The notes: a model not told the origin generated them from the letters alone. DNA of 54,082 bases from an uncultured beta proteobacterium (GCA_903843235.1 CAIMOW010000045.1:1-54082), one strand, 5' to 3'; shown: positions 8,466 through 18,693, counted from the first letter of the stretch. Made by a program: numbers and translations.

Positions 8466-11156
8466 TTACAGGGTATGGGTCACAATTTTGAAATCGGGAT
8501 CTTCTTCAAATTCTTTTACTTTGTATCCCAGACCTGTCATTAATTTCAGCATTCCAGAGTTATTAGCCAAAACTAGGCCGTCAATTTCTTTTAAGCCTTT
8601 ATCGCGGGCGACATCCATGATGCTCAACATCAGGCGTGAACCTAAGCCTTTGCCACTAAATTCATCGGCAACCAATAAAGAGAACTCACAACTCACGACA
8701 TCAGGATTGGTAATATAGCGCGATACCCCAATAATTCTTTGCGTCTCAATCGAGATACCCTCATCATTGACTTTGCGCTCTTTCAATACAGCGATCAGCG
8801 CCATCTCACGGTCATAGTCAATTAATGTAAACCGTGAAAGCATTGCAGGCGAGAGCTCAGAGATCGTCGCCACAAAGCGGAAGTATCTACTTTCTGGCGA
8901 TAAGCCGGCAACAAGCTGCTGCAACATATCGGCATCATCTGGATGAATAGGCCTAATGACGTACTCGCCACCACCCTTCATAGGCCAAACCTGCTCATAG
9001 CGCAATGGGTAAGGCAGAATCGCCAAATGACTATAAACCCGTGACTTTCCATCGACTGGTTGAGGCGGTCGTTCAATCACAATGCGGGCATCCACTGCGA
9101 CAGCGCCAGATTCATCAACAATAATCGGATTGATATCCATCTCACGTAGTTGAGGTAATTCACAGGCCATCTCAGACACCCGCAAGAGTACTTGCTCAAG
9201 CGCAGCGACATCTACAGCACTAGCACCACGCCACTCTCCTAAAGTTTCAGCAACGCGTGAGCGCTCTATCAAACGGTGTGCCAGATATTGATTCAGTGGC
9301 GGCAACTCCATGGTTCGATCATTGAGTAACTCAATCATGGTTCCACCAGCGCCGAAGGCAATCATTGGCCCGAAGGGCTTATCCGTTACCAAGCCGATAT
9401 AGAGTTCGCGCCCTCTTTTGCTACGCGCCATCTTTTGGACTGTGACGCCGTTAATACGTGCCTTGGGAACCAACACTGAGACGGATTCAATGATGCTGTT
9501 GTATACATCACGCACTCCAGCAGCATTCATAATATTTAGAGCCACGCCATTCACATCAGACTTATGACTAATATCAGGTGAATCAATTTTCAAAGCAACG
9601 GGATAACCCAGCTGCGTGGCGATCATCATTGCTTCGTTTGAACTGGTTGCCAAAATAGTTTGAGTGACTGGGATATGAAAAGCAGCAAGTAATGCCTTGG
9701 ATTCCATCTCCGTCAATATATTGCGCCGCTCAGCCAAAACATTTTCGATGAGCAGGCGTGCACCTTCAACATCGGGCTGAGCCAGACTGGAGAGTGGGGG
9801 TGGCGTTTGCTGTAATAAACGTTGGTTTTGATAGAAGCTGGCAATATTTCCAAAAGCACCGACAGCAGCTTCCGGCGTTCTAAAACTCGGAATAGTCGAG
9901 TTCGCAATCAGATCGCGAGCGCTCACTACTGAAGAATCCCCCATCCAGCAACAGAGCAATGGTTTGCCGATCTTTGATTTGACATCAACTATAGATTGCG
10001 CAATCGCTAAACCATCAACGCCTAGCTTAGGCGAGTAAATCACCAATAAGCCGTCAATCTCACGCTCTCTATTGGCCGCCTCAATCGCAGCACGATATTG
10101 CTCTGGCGTCGCCTCTTCTGAAAGATCAATTAAATCAATGAGGGATGCGTTTGGTGAAACAAAGGGTTTTAATGCTGCAATCGCTTCAGGCGAGAGCATA
10201 CCTAACTCAAGATGAATCTCATTAATCCAATCTGCCGCTAAAACACCTGGGCCACCACCGTTAGTAATGACTGCTAAATGTTTACCAACCGGACGATAGC
10301 GAGAAGCCAAACATTTCGCGGCCGAGAATAATTCTACAAAAGAGCGCACTCTCACAGCGCCTGCACGTCGCAATGCCGCATCAAATACCTCATCGCTACC
10401 AACAATGGCGCCGCTATGAGTTTGGGCTGCTAGGTTAGCGGCTGATTTTCTGCCCGCCTTTAGGATCACCACAGGCTTTGCTCTCGCAGCAGAACGCAAT
10501 GCACTCATAAAGCCACGTGCATTGGAGATACCCTCTAGATAAATCACGATGCTATGAGTGCGCGAGTCTGAAGCCAAGTAGTCGAGTACTTGAGCAATAT
10601 CTACATCGGAGTTCGGCCCCAATGACACGACATTTGAAAAGCCTACTTGATTTTGTTTAGCCCAATCTAAGATAGATGCCGTTAAGGCTCCAGACTGCGA
10701 AATCAATCCCAATGGACCAGCTACGGCCATTGGTCCGATTACGCTAGCATTAAGTTGTAGTGCGGGCATTTGGAAGCCCAAACTATTTGGACCCAAAAGA
10801 TGAATGCCGTGCCGACGAGCAACTTCATGAATTTCTGCAGCGAGTCCAACAGATACTCCGGTACCAATAACAAGTGCAGCCTTACATTTAATGCGAGCAG
10901 CCATATCCAAAGCAGTCAGGATTCCGTCATGCGGAAGAGTGATGATGGCTAATTCGGCCTTCAGCTTGCCCAACTCCAGCAAAGTATCTGGGGCATAAAT
11001 ATTGAAGTACTGAATAGATCCCTTAAATTTCTGGGCATTCAAGTCTTCGGCCAAACCTTTGGCAAAGGGACTCGACCGTACTGGGTCATCAGCATCGCCA
11101 ACAAATACAACGATGCTTTTTGGCTGAAATAAGTAAGAAAGGTAATGTTTGTCCAT
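8466..11156 (-). CDS. Pat/YfiQ-type NDP-forming acyl-CoA synthetase / GNAT lysine acetyltransferase fusion
   Basis: LLGPNSLG, SQSGA, TNGGGPG, ATP-grasp (ISHKSDVNGV, DINP), C-terminal GNAT (IRPIHPDD, RYFRF, GKGLG). Confidence 0.9.
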   Translation of the reverse strand: MDKHYLSYLFQPKSIVVFVGDADDPVRSSPFAKGLAEDLNAQKFKGSIQYFNIYAPDTLLELGKLKAELAIITLPHDGILTALDMAARIKCKAALVIGTGVSVGLAAEIHEVARRHGIHLLGPNSLGFQMPALQLNASVIGPMAVAGPLGLISQSGALTASILDWAKQNQVGFSNVVSLGPNSDVDIAQVLDYLASDSRTHSIVIYLEGISNARGFMSALRSAARAKPVVILKAGRKSAANLAAQTHSGAIVGSDEVFDAALRRAGAVRVRSFVELFSAAKCLASRYRPVGKHLAVITNGGGPGVLAADWINEIHLELGMLSPEAIAALKPFVSPNASLIDLIDLSEEATPEQYRAAIEAANREREIDGLLVIYSPKLGVDGLAIAQSIVDVKSKIGKPLLCCWMGDSSVVSARDLIANSTIPSFRTPEAAVGAFGNIASFYQNQRLLQQTPPPLSSLAQPDVEGARLLIENVLAERRNILTEMESKALLAAFHIPVTQTILATSSNEAMMIATQLGYPVALKIDSPDISHKSDVNGVALNIMNAAGVRDVYNSIIESVSVLVPKARINGVTVQKMARSKRGRELYIGLVTDKPFGPMIAFGAGGTMIELLNDRTMELPPLNQYLAHRLIERSRVAETLGEWRGASAVDVAALEQVLLRVSEMACELPQLREMDINPIIVDESGAVAVDARIVIERPPQPVDGKSRVYSHLAILPYPLRYEQVWPMKGGGEYVIRPIHPDDADMLQQLVAGLSPESRYFRFVATISELSPAMLSRFTLIDYDREMALIAVLKERKVNDEGISIETQRIIGVSRYITNPDVVSCEFSLLVADEFSGKGLGSRLMLSIMDVARDKGLKEIDGLVLANNSGMLKLMTGLGYKVKEFEEDPDFKIVTHTL

Positions 11157-11213
11157 GGCTATCGATCTATTGCTGGTTAACCCTCAGTATCAGTTAACTA
11201 TAGACCAATCAAT

Positions 11214-11227
11214 TTGATTTAGAACAA
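11214..11227 (-). promoter_or_regulatory. FNR-like box at class II spacing upstream of the Pat-like gene
   Basis: TTGATTTAGAACAA (one mismatch); -10-like GATACT on the minus strand at 11191-11186. Confidence 0.6.
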
Positions 11228-11310
11228 ACTTTAGTGCGCTGCACTATAAATTTACCACTTCTAGCCTGCAAAACAAAAAACACCTACGTGGTCTTTCAAG
11301 AGTCTGAGAA

Positions 11311-11334
11311 TCTACCCCAAACCGTTGGGGTAGA
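11311..11334 (-). terminator. Hairpin downstream of yceI, probable intrinsic terminator
   Basis: TCTACCCCAA-ACCG-TTGGGGTAGA inverted repeat. Confidence 0.55.
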
Positions 11335-11347
11335 TGACTTTTTCACA

Positions 11348-11935
11348 CTACTCTTTTTTGGCTGCTTCAATAGCAATCATGATGGTCACATTATCACCAA
11401 CATTAGGAGCATATTTACCCATATTAAATTCAGTACGTTTCACTATAGTTTCTGCATTCGCGCCGCAATAATCAACGCCAGAAATTGGATGCTTTTTACA
11501 ATCAAAATGTGTAATTTTCAAAGTTACAGGCTTGCTGACCCCCTTCAAAGTGAGGGTACCTTTCAAGGCAACAGGCTTGTCGCCTTTAAAAATCATGTCA
11601 TTAGATTGAAAGGTAGCTGTTGGGAATGCAGTGGTAAATAGGAAGTCCTCACCTTGAATGTGGCCATTAAATAATGTTGAACCAGTATCTACAGACTTGG
11701 TGTCAATCGCAATATCTGCGCTACCTTTTTTAGCAGATTGGTCAATCGTGACAGTACCAGTAACGGTATTGAAACGACTCGTTTGACTTGAAAACCCTAA
11801 ATGGTTGTACTCAAATTGAGCAAAGGTGTGATTAGTATCAGCCACATAAGTAGCTGGCGAAGCAAATACTGTTGCGGTTAAACCTACTGTCAGGCCAATG
11901 GTTGCTAGTAATGCAATAAATAACTTCGATTTCAT
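11348..11935 (-). CDS. YceI family polyisoprenoid-binding periplasmic protein
   Basis: Signal peptide; DTNHT, HLGFS, SVDTG, GTLTLKGVSKPV, KRTEFNM. Confidence 0.92.
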   Translation of the reverse strand: MKSKLFIALLATIGLTVGLTATVFASPATYVADTNHTFAQFEYNHLGFSSQTSRFNTVTGTVTIDQSAKKGSADIAIDTKSVDTGSTLFNGHIQGEDFLFTTAFPTATFQSNDMIFKGDKPVALKGTLTLKGVSKPVTLKITHFDCKKHPISGVDYCGANAETIVKRTEFNMGKYAPNVGDNVTIMIAIEAAKKE

Positions 11936-11989
11936 ATATTTCTCCGTGATTAAAAAGTACTACTTAATAAAAATGCTTAAAGGGTGCAA

Positions 11990-12592
11990 CTATTTTTGAT
12001 TTACAACTAAGTGGACTTTTACGGGCACTTCATTAGCTACCGCTGAGGTGTCAGCCCAATTACCGGCACCTAAACCGAAGTCCAACCTAAGCAACTGAAA
12101 GGCTCCATCAAAAACCATTTGTTTGCCTTGCAATTGATAGGTGGATGTCATGGTGATGGGGACCGATTTACCTTTAATCGTAAGGTTGCCATGGATTTCG
12201 AGTTTTCCGTTGGAGAGACTTTTCACAGAATCGCTCACAAAGTTAGCGCTTGGAAAAATCTTGGTATTAAACCAATCCTTACCTTTTGCTTCATCCTGCA
12301 ACTCCTCGCCACCTGCGTTAAAGCTAGTAATCTCAATCAATAAATTAGCTTTTGCTTTTTCTGGCTCATCCGGATTAAAACTTACTTTTCCATTGAACTT
12401 AGTAAAGCCCCCATTCAGGTTTGAGCCCATCAGCTTGCTACTGAATGTAATCTTGCTTTTTGCAACATCAATTGAGGAGTATTCAATCGCCTGGGAATAC
12501 CCAGAAAAAGTAATTAGAGTCAATAACAGAAGACTTTTAAAGCAAGCAAAGCTCTTAAGAAGATAAAAATTATTCATTACTTTATCTTTCAT
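11990..12592 (-). CDS. YceI family protein (second paralog)
   Basis: SKITF, GGFTKFNG, DWFNTKIFPSANF, GNLTIKG, RLDFGLG; alternative start at 12577. Confidence 0.9.
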   Translation of the reverse strand: MKDKVMNNFYLLKSFACFKSLLLLTLITFSGYSQAIEYSSIDVAKSKITFSSKLMGSNLNGGFTKFNGKVSFNPDEPEKAKANLLIEITSFNAGGEELQDEAKGKDWFNTKIFPSANFVSDSVKSLSNGKLEIHGNLTIKGKSVPITMTSTYQLQGKQMVFDGAFQLLRLDFGLGAGNWADTSAVANEVPVKVHLVVNQK

Positions 12593-13133
12593 TATCTGTA
12601 TGTCGAAAAAATGACATTCGACTTAATAAACCATCTTTATCGATAAATTGATGCTTTAGTGCAGCCAGGATATGAAGGCCTACCAAAGCCATTAGGCCAT
12701 TTGCCAACACCTCGTGGATTTCCTTGAGAACACTACCAAGCCCCTTATCTTTTTCTACTAAATCCGGTAAATCAAATAGACCAAAGTAATTGACGGTATA
12801 TCCCTTGGCTGAACTCATCAACCAGCCCACGACAGGAATTGCCAGCATCAAAAGATACAAGGCTATATGCGTACACTGCATCATTTTTTCTTGCCAAGCG
12901 GGCATCGTTATTTCAAACTTTGGTACTTGATGGCTAGCGCGCCACAACAAGCGCACCACCACCAAAAAAAAGACTGTCGTTCCAAGCCACTTATGCCAGC
13001 TAAACCCAGCAATCCTAGCGGGACTCAAAGGCATATCGCTCACCACAATCGCGATTGACCAAGTTATGAGAATGAGCAAAGCCATCACCCAATGAAGGAG
13101 GATGGCGATGCTGGTATATTTTGATTTATCCAT
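12582..13133 (-). CDS. Cytochrome b561 (YceJ-like)
   Basis: Four TM helices with heme-ligand His (LHW, WHKWLG, IHE, LHILAALKHQ...DKD); start 13133 overlaps the upstream stop as TAATG. Confidence 0.92.
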   Translation of the reverse strand: MDKSKYTSIAILLHWVMALLILITWSIAIVVSDMPLSPARIAGFSWHKWLGTTVFFLVVVRLLWRASHQVPKFEITMPAWQEKMMQCTHIALYLLMLAIPVVGWLMSSAKGYTVNYFGLFDLPDLVEKDKGLGSVLKEIHEVLANGLMALVGLHILAALKHQFIDKDGLLSRMSFFRHTDNER

Positions 13134-13687
13134 TAGCCGCATAACTGTTTTGCAATTTTGGCAATCCGATCACCATACAGACGCGCGGTCTCTAAATCAC
13201 CAGCATTAACTTCTTCAGCGCTCGCATCGGAAGGCGTTTGCATCATTGCCCCTGCAGAGGAGCCTACGTAATTCACATCATCACGCTTAGCTGCCTTGGT
13301 ATTTGAAGGCATCAGACCAGTACCGACCCAAACTCCAGAATGTTGCATTGCTAAAGTAAAAAAATAATGTAAAGTCGAATGCTTATCGCCATTCATGGTC
13401 GCTGAGTTAGTGAAACCACCAAAGACCTTATCTTTCCATAATTGTGAGAACCATTGCTTAGAGCTTGCATCTGCAAATTTTTTGAATTGCCAACTCACTG
13501 TGCCCATGTAGGTTGGAGAACCAAAAACAATTGCATCAGCAGAGTTCAAAATCTCCCACTGAGCATCAGTCAAATTTCCTTCGGCATCGATAGAAATTAA
13601 TGCACCATTTGCACCTTTGGCTAATGCCTCTGCTTGTTTTACGGTATGTCCATAACCGCTATGAAATACCACCGCTACTTTAGTCAT
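13133..13687 (-). CDS. WrbA-like flavodoxin family NAD(P)H:quinone oxidoreductase
   Basis: FHSGYGHT FMN-binding loop, FGSPTYMG; RBS GGAGAA before ATG 13687. Confidence 0.9.
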   Translation of the reverse strand: MTKVAVVFHSGYGHTVKQAEALAKGANGALISIDAEGNLTDAQWEILNSADAIVFGSPTYMGTVSWQFKKFADASSKQWFSQLWKDKVFGGFTNSATMNGDKHSTLHYFFTLAMQHSGVWVGTGLMPSNTKAAKRDDVNYVGSSAGAMMQTPSDASAEEVNAGDLETARLYGDRIAKIAKQLCG

Positions 13688-13715
13688 CGTCTTCTCCTTG
13701 TTTTTATACAATTTG

Positions 13716-14132
13716 TTAATTAAAAATATTGCTTAATTTTTTTAGCGAGGCCTGCAATTGAGAGATCTCTTCTATCGATAGCTTTCCGAAGGCTTGCCCT
13801 AGATATTCCAAGTGCCCTGGAAAGACCCTGTTAAATAATTGCTGCCCTTGAGCAGTTAAACCAATCATCTGACTACGCGCATCCTCTGGATTAGTCTTTC
13901 TCTCGAGGATGCCTTTTACTTCCAAGCGTTCAAGCACTCCAGTTAAAGTGCCCTTTGTCACTAAGGTTTTCTCACCCAACTCTTTGCAAGACATTGGTGG
14001 CTGATTGCCTAACGTGGCAATCACGTCAAATTGGGTTGTAGTAAGACCTAAAGCCTTAATATGCGGCGCTGAATATCTCTCAAACCCTTGATAGGCCAAT
14101 ACCAACTCTCTTAAAACTGGTAAGAAGTTCAT
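13716..14132 (-). CDS. MarR family transcriptional regulator
   Basis: LTTTQFDVI, TKGTLTGVLERLE, DARS...LTAQG winged helix. Confidence 0.92.
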   Translation of the reverse strand: MNFLPVLRELVLAYQGFERYSAPHIKALGLTTTQFDVIATLGNQPPMSCKELGEKTLVTKGTLTGVLERLEVKGILERKTNPEDARSQMIGLTAQGQQLFNRVFPGHLEYLGQAFGKLSIEEISQLQASLKKLSNIFN

Positions 14133-14144
14133 TTTAATTCCATT

Positions 14145-14183
14145 AAGTACTAACTAGGACTAGTTTAGTACTAATACGGACTA
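14145..14183. promoter_or_regulatory. Tandem operator upstream of marR
   Basis: Two near-palindromic units AGTACTAACTAGGACTA and AGTACTAATACGGACTA, 21 bp apart. Confidence 0.6.
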
Positions 14184-14256
14184 AATGCAAGTGAGGATTC
14201 AATAACAAATTACTCTATATCAATCAATTACTTATACATATTCATGTAGCCAAAAG

Positions 14257-14283
14257 AAAACCCTGCGACTTGCGCAGGGTTTT
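14257..14283 (-). terminator. Intrinsic terminator
   Basis: AAAACCCTGCG-ACTTG-CGCAGGGTTTT. Confidence 0.7.
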
Positions 14284-14304
14284 AGTGGGTCAGCTAGGGG
14301 CAAA

Positions 14305-15162
14305 TTAAAACTGAACTGTCTCACCCTCAGTCATGGAAATGATCTTAATTGAACTACCCTTCATTGCCTCTTGGAACTCAGCCAAAGTACCCTTAGTCAT
14401 TGGGTTAGAGCCATAGTGCATTGGGATCACCATCTTTGGTTTAACCCAGGCACGTAATGCATAAGCAGCATCGTCTGGCGCCATCGTGAAATTACCCCCA
14501 ATCGGAATTAATACCAAATCAGGTTTGTAATGCTCGCTGATGAATTTCATATCACTAAAAAGGCCGGTGTCACCCATATGCCAAATCTTGAAGCCATTCT
14601 CAAGCTGAATGATGTAACCCATCGGCTCGCCAGCAGGATGAGACTCCATCTTATCGGTGGCTGGGTTCTTCCAAACCAATAATGAAGAATGCTCTGCTTG
14701 GACTGCGGTTACCTTAATACTTGGCAATGGAGTTACGCTTCCACTCTTATTAAAACGATGCCCAAGATCTGCCGGAAGAATTCCCAAAGTAGTTAAAGGC
14801 GTAACCATATCGGCTGGACCATAAAGCTTGGTGTTATTCAACTTGGCAATCGCTGGTGCATCACCCAAATGATCAACGTGCGCATGGCTTACCAATAACA
14901 AATCAATCGGTCCAAGTGCCGCCAAATCATTTTTATACATAGGTGGCGTCTTAGGTCCACCAGTAATCCACGGGTCAATCAAGATTATCTTGCCGGTAGG
15001 CGTCTTAATACGAAAGCCTGCCTGCCCTAACCACAACAATTCTGTCTTGCCTTGAGCGCCACTTGGCGTAGGTGCCTGTGCTTGTGCGCTAGATATAAAA
15101 GCCAGCAATAAGCCCGCAATCAGGATGGCGCCTCCAGAACTTTTCAATGAATGAATACGCAT
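14305..15162 (-). CDS. Exported metallo-beta-lactamase-fold metal-dependent hydrolase (UlaG/YtkL-like)
   Basis: WLGQAGF, IDPW, SHAHVDHLGD, HMGDT, IPMHY. Confidence 0.88.
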   Translation of the reverse strand: MRIHSLKSSGGAILIAGLLLAFISSAQAQAPTPSGAQGKTELLWLGQAGFRIKTPTGKIILIDPWITGGPKTPPMYKNDLAALGPIDLLLVSHAHVDHLGDAPAIAKLNNTKLYGPADMVTPLTTLGILPADLGHRFNKSGSVTPLPSIKVTAVQAEHSSLLVWKNPATDKMESHPAGEPMGYIIQLENGFKIWHMGDTGLFSDMKFISEHYKPDLVLIPIGGNFTMAPDDAAYALRAWVKPKMVIPMHYGSNPMTKGTLAEFQEAMKGSSIKIISMTEGETVQF

Positions 15163-15304
15163 AAATCAGCCTCCAGTTGTATTTTTATAAATCTTCTAAA
15201 ACTATAGCCCAGAAAAGGGAATTAAGTTTATATGGCAGCGCAACAATTCAGAGTTGAATACTTTGGATTTGATTGCGCCCAAGGATTAAAGGGGGTCTCA
15301 GGCA

Positions 15305-15718
15305 TCATTTCCAGAAGATGGATAATTTTTGGACCTGACCAGCCTGTATAGCAAGCGCACGTTTTTTCTCAACGCCCAGATAGCTTGCTTGCAACACATA
15401 TTCACCAGGCTCAATATTGATCAAGAGGTAAGGACCATCTGCCTGAGCATCAAAGATAATTTTTTGCTTCATATTGGCAATCTTTATTCTTGCACCGAAG
15501 ATCCAAACCCCTCGACCATTTTCAATCTGGGAAAGCTCTAGCATTAATGGCCATTGTTTAGCCTCAGACAAAATAGCAACCGACTCTTCTTCACCAATCC
15601 CACCAGAGATGTACGCAACACCATCAGAGTATTGCGTACTGGGCAGTTGAGCAAATACCACTGAGCAAGACAAGAGACAAGTGCACACGGCCGCGAACTT
15701 CAAAACCAGCTTCATCAT
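15305..15718 (-). CDS. Exported protein with carboxypeptidase regulatory-like beta-sandwich domain
   Basis: Signal peptide; YISGGIG, GPYLLINIEPGEY. Confidence 0.7.
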   Translation of the reverse strand: MMKLVLKFAAVCTCLLSCSVVFAQLPSTQYSDGVAYISGGIGEEESVAILSEAKQWPLMLELSQIENGRGVWIFGARIKIANMKQKIIFDAQADGPYLLINIEPGEYVLQASYLGVEKKRALAIQAGQVQKLSIFWK

Positions 15719-15730
15719 TACCTTTTATCT

Positions 15731-16840
15731 TTAATTCACCACAACATAAGACTGCGGCTTATCTAGACTGTAGTACTTAAGTTCTTTTGCATTAAAGTCA
15801 ATCTTCTTCAGATCAAAAGATTGCACATTAGTAGTCTCAAACATCTTGACGTAATACATCATGTTTTTGTTATCAGCCACAACTGTCCACTCAGTAATCT
15901 CTACTCCGCCTGCACCGCCACCATAAGCATTGCTTGCCGGCAAACTAATGGCGCCCGGAGGAATGTCAAAACTTCCTAGAATGTGCCAGGCAGTATTAGT
16001 CTGTTTTGCTGTGGTATTAGTAGTAGGAGCTGACTTAGATAAAAATAGAGCCCGAATAAAACGGCTTGGACTTAGGTAATCGCCTGGCAAGCCATGTAGG
16101 CCACTACCAGAACTTGGCGGCACATACGTTGCCCCATTAATTATCATCGCTGGTTTTTCAACATTGGTGAGATTTGCGTAGTTACCAATGTTATTTAACT
16201 GATCTCTAAAGGCAGGGTCATTTGTCATCACGCCAGTAGGATTGTCAGTAATAACTAGCTCACCTTTAAGGTATTCAATCACAATGCTCTTGCCTTTTGC
16301 ATCATGCAAAGTCATGCGCACTGGAGCTGAACTGTTGTGATATGCAGGAATAATGGAGCGATTAACGTAAATCTTTTTAAAGCCATCTTTCACCTCTTCC
16401 ACAGTGCCAAAATTAGTTAAGGCGTACATCAGCATCTGAATAGAAGCAATACTCTTAGCAGAGTCAGTTGGACTGACGACTTGATAGACGGCAGTATTGG
16501 GAGCATTCAGTAGGCCTCCAACTAAACCTTTTTCATTCATACCATCTACCAATACGGGCATACCTAAGCCATTCATGCCGGCGACAGCATATTTCGCAGT
16601 CCAATTTAGACCCGAGCCAGGTTTGTTATCAACGCCAACCCCAGGAATCGCTAAATTTCTTGGGATTACCATCAATTGGGATTTAAGCGGTAAACCAAAT
16701 TCCATGGTTCGTCCATATACAAAACCGCCATCGCTACCTTTTAATAAAAAGCTGGTGCAGGCATTGCTTGCAAAAGACGTAACTACTAAAGAAGCCGCAA
16801 GAGATGTAACTAAAAATTGTTTAATGAATATCTTCTTCAC
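15731..16840 (-). CDS. Linear amide C-N hydrolase (choloylglycine hydrolase / penicillin V acylase family, Ntn hydrolase)
   Basis: Signal peptide then nucleophile Cys (ACTSF), YGRTMEF, DGMNEKGL, TNDP, LPGDYLSPSRF; GTG start 16840 with GAGGA RBS. Confidence 0.88.
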   Translation of the reverse strand: MKKIFIKQFLVTSLAASLVVTSFASNACTSFLLKGSDGGFVYGRTMEFGLPLKSQLMVIPRNLAIPGVGVDNKPGSGLNWTAKYAVAGMNGLGMPVLVDGMNEKGLVGGLLNAPNTAVYQVVSPTDSAKSIASIQMLMYALTNFGTVEEVKDGFKKIYVNRSIIPAYHNSSAPVRMTLHDAKGKSIVIEYLKGELVITDNPTGVMTNDPAFRDQLNNIGNYANLTNVEKPAMIINGATYVPPSSGSGLHGLPGDYLSPSRFIRALFLSKSAPTTNTTAKQTNTAWHILGSFDIPPGAISLPASNAYGGGAGGVEITEWTVVADNKNMMYYVKMFETTNVQSFDLKKIDFNAKELKYYSLDKPQSYVVVN

Positions 16841-16956
16841 AGTTTCCTCTGGATTTATTAGACTAAGCTTACATATTATAGTGATCGACCCCAAATGAAA
16901 AAGCCCCGTACAAGTACGAGGCCTAGTGCATCAAATTAGGATTCTAAGTCACTTCA

Positions 16957-17937
16957 TCAAGGGATCATGACGATGGCGCCTGATACTTTCCTACCCTCGG
17001 CAGCTTTATGAGCATCTGCAGCTTGCTCCAAGCTAAATTGAGCACCAATCTGAACTTTGACAGCGCCACTGGCTATTGCCTCGAATACTGCACGGGCATT
17101 TTCTTGCAGTAACTCAGGTGTTGCATTGTGAGGAAATACTGAAGGCCTTGTTAAAAACAGGCAACCCTTCTTATTCAAGATCTCTGGTTGAATCTCGGGA
17201 GCAGGGCCTGATGCGGCACCAAATAGCGCCAAAGTACCAAATGGTGCTACACAATCTAAAGAGCCCAAAAAAGTATCTTTAGCTACGGAGTCGTAAACCA
17301 CATTAGCCTTACGTCCGCCTGTAGCTTTCAACACTTCTTCAACCCAATGAGCTTGCGAGTAATCGACTACTGCATCGCATCCAGCGGCTTTCGCAGCTGC
17401 GACTTTGGCTTGTGACCCAACGGTACCCACCACAAATGCGCCTAAAGCCTTTGCCCAACCAGCAACAATCTGCCCAACACCGCCAGCAGCTGCATGAATC
17501 AAAACCACATCACCTGCTTTAACTTTATAGGTTTTTTGAACAAGATACTGAGCAGTCATGGCCTTAAAAAAAACAGCGGCTGCCACCTCATCAGAAACAT
17601 TGCTTGGGACGGGAACCAGTTTATCGGCTGATACATTACGGTGGCTAGCGTAAGCGCCAATACCTGCATTCATGTACATGACACGATCGCCTACTTTGAA
17701 CCTTGTAACACCATCGCCAACAAACTCGACAACGCCGACAGCCTCATGTCCAAGCCCAGTAGGCAATTCCAAGGGGTACACACCCGAGCGTTGGTAAACA
17801 TCAATAAAGTTAAATCCAATCGCCGTTTGGCGCAGTTGTACCTCACCTTTCCCGGGTGCTGGCAATTCCTTATCAATCAATTTGATTACGTCAGCGCTTC
17901 CCAATTCATTGAGACTTACTATTCGAGCAGTTGTCAC
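16957..17937 (-). CDS. qor: NADPH:quinone oxidoreductase (zeta-crystallin/Qor)
   Basis: GFNFIDVYQRSGVYP, HAAAGGVG, VVYDSV, LFLTRP. Confidence 0.9.
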   Translation of the reverse strand: MTTARIVSLNELGSADVIKLIDKELPAPGKGEVQLRQTAIGFNFIDVYQRSGVYPLELPTGLGHEAVGVVEFVGDGVTRFKVGDRVMYMNAGIGAYASHRNVSADKLVPVPSNVSDEVAAAVFFKAMTAQYLVQKTYKVKAGDVVLIHAAAGGVGQIVAGWAKALGAFVVGTVGSQAKVAAAKAAGCDAVVDYSQAHWVEEVLKATGGRKANVVYDSVAKDTFLGSLDCVAPFGTLALFGAASGPAPEIQPEILNKKGCLFLTRPSVFPHNATPELLQENARAVFEAIASGAVKVQIGAQFSLEQAADAHKAAEGRKVSGAIVMIP

Positions 17938-18027
17938 GTGTCACCTTATATATTTTTTATTAAAAAAATATCATACCTTAAGAACAATGAACGCGTAATG
18001 CCTCACCATCATGGGGCAGTTTCAACC

Positions 18028-18597
18028 CTATAAGCCCTTTTTAGCTGCGGCTTTTACAGGCGTCTTGGCTTGCGAGCTACCGAGGTTGGATACATTTTCA
18101 ACGCTCTTTTCAAAGCTATTGAACGAGTCTGCCATTGCAGCCCTCACTAACTCGAAATTCTGTAAGGCAGTATTGAAAGATGTCTTAAATACGGAGACAT
18201 AAGCCTCGGATCCGGGGGGCGCATTATTTGTTGCTTCATTGACGAAATGAATTAGATCAACTTTCGATTCCTCAATCATGGATTCGGCAATTTGATTGAG
18301 CTCTTTATTACCGCTACTCAGCACATTCATCAATTGAGCCTGATATTGGGCAACTTCCTTCGCTGCATCTTGCAACACTTCGGCATGCACATAATCGAAT
18401 GCGGCCTTTGGATCTTGGGTCTTTAATAGCTCTGTCACTTTTTTCTGAAAAAGAGCAGCCAACTCTTGTGCAGCCTTCTGATTGATTTGAGCAATCGCTT
18501 GAGCGCTTTCAGCTGCAACCTGACCTACGGCCTTGGATGTCTTGATTGCCTTTTCCTGATTTGCCATTACATTTAAATCAAATGGTTTCTTGCTCAT
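18028..18597 (-). CDS. phaP: Phasin (PHA granule-associated protein)
   Basis: Helical Ala/Gln-rich protein with NAPPGSE motif and Lys/Ala tail, typical of betaproteobacterial phasins. Confidence 0.8.
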   Translation of the reverse strand: MSKKPFDLNVMANQEKAIKTSKAVGQVAAESAQAIAQINQKAAQELAALFQKKVTELLKTQDPKAAFDYVHAEVLQDAAKEVAQYQAQLMNVLSSGNKELNQIAESMIEESKVDLIHFVNEATNNAPPGSEAYVSVFKTSFNTALQNFELVRAAMADSFNSFEKSVENVSNLGSSQAKTPVKAAAKKGL

Positions 18598-18693
18598 AAA
18601 AAAGCCCTTTTTTAATCAATGATGCGTCTTAATCTCAATCCAATCTACACTTGAATTGGCAGCTTTCTTATAGAGATATACCACTAGGACAAA

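Noticed and set aside
11234-11641. 135-aa plus-strand ORF
   Set aside because: Overlaps yceI antisense, spans a terminator hairpin and has no motifs.
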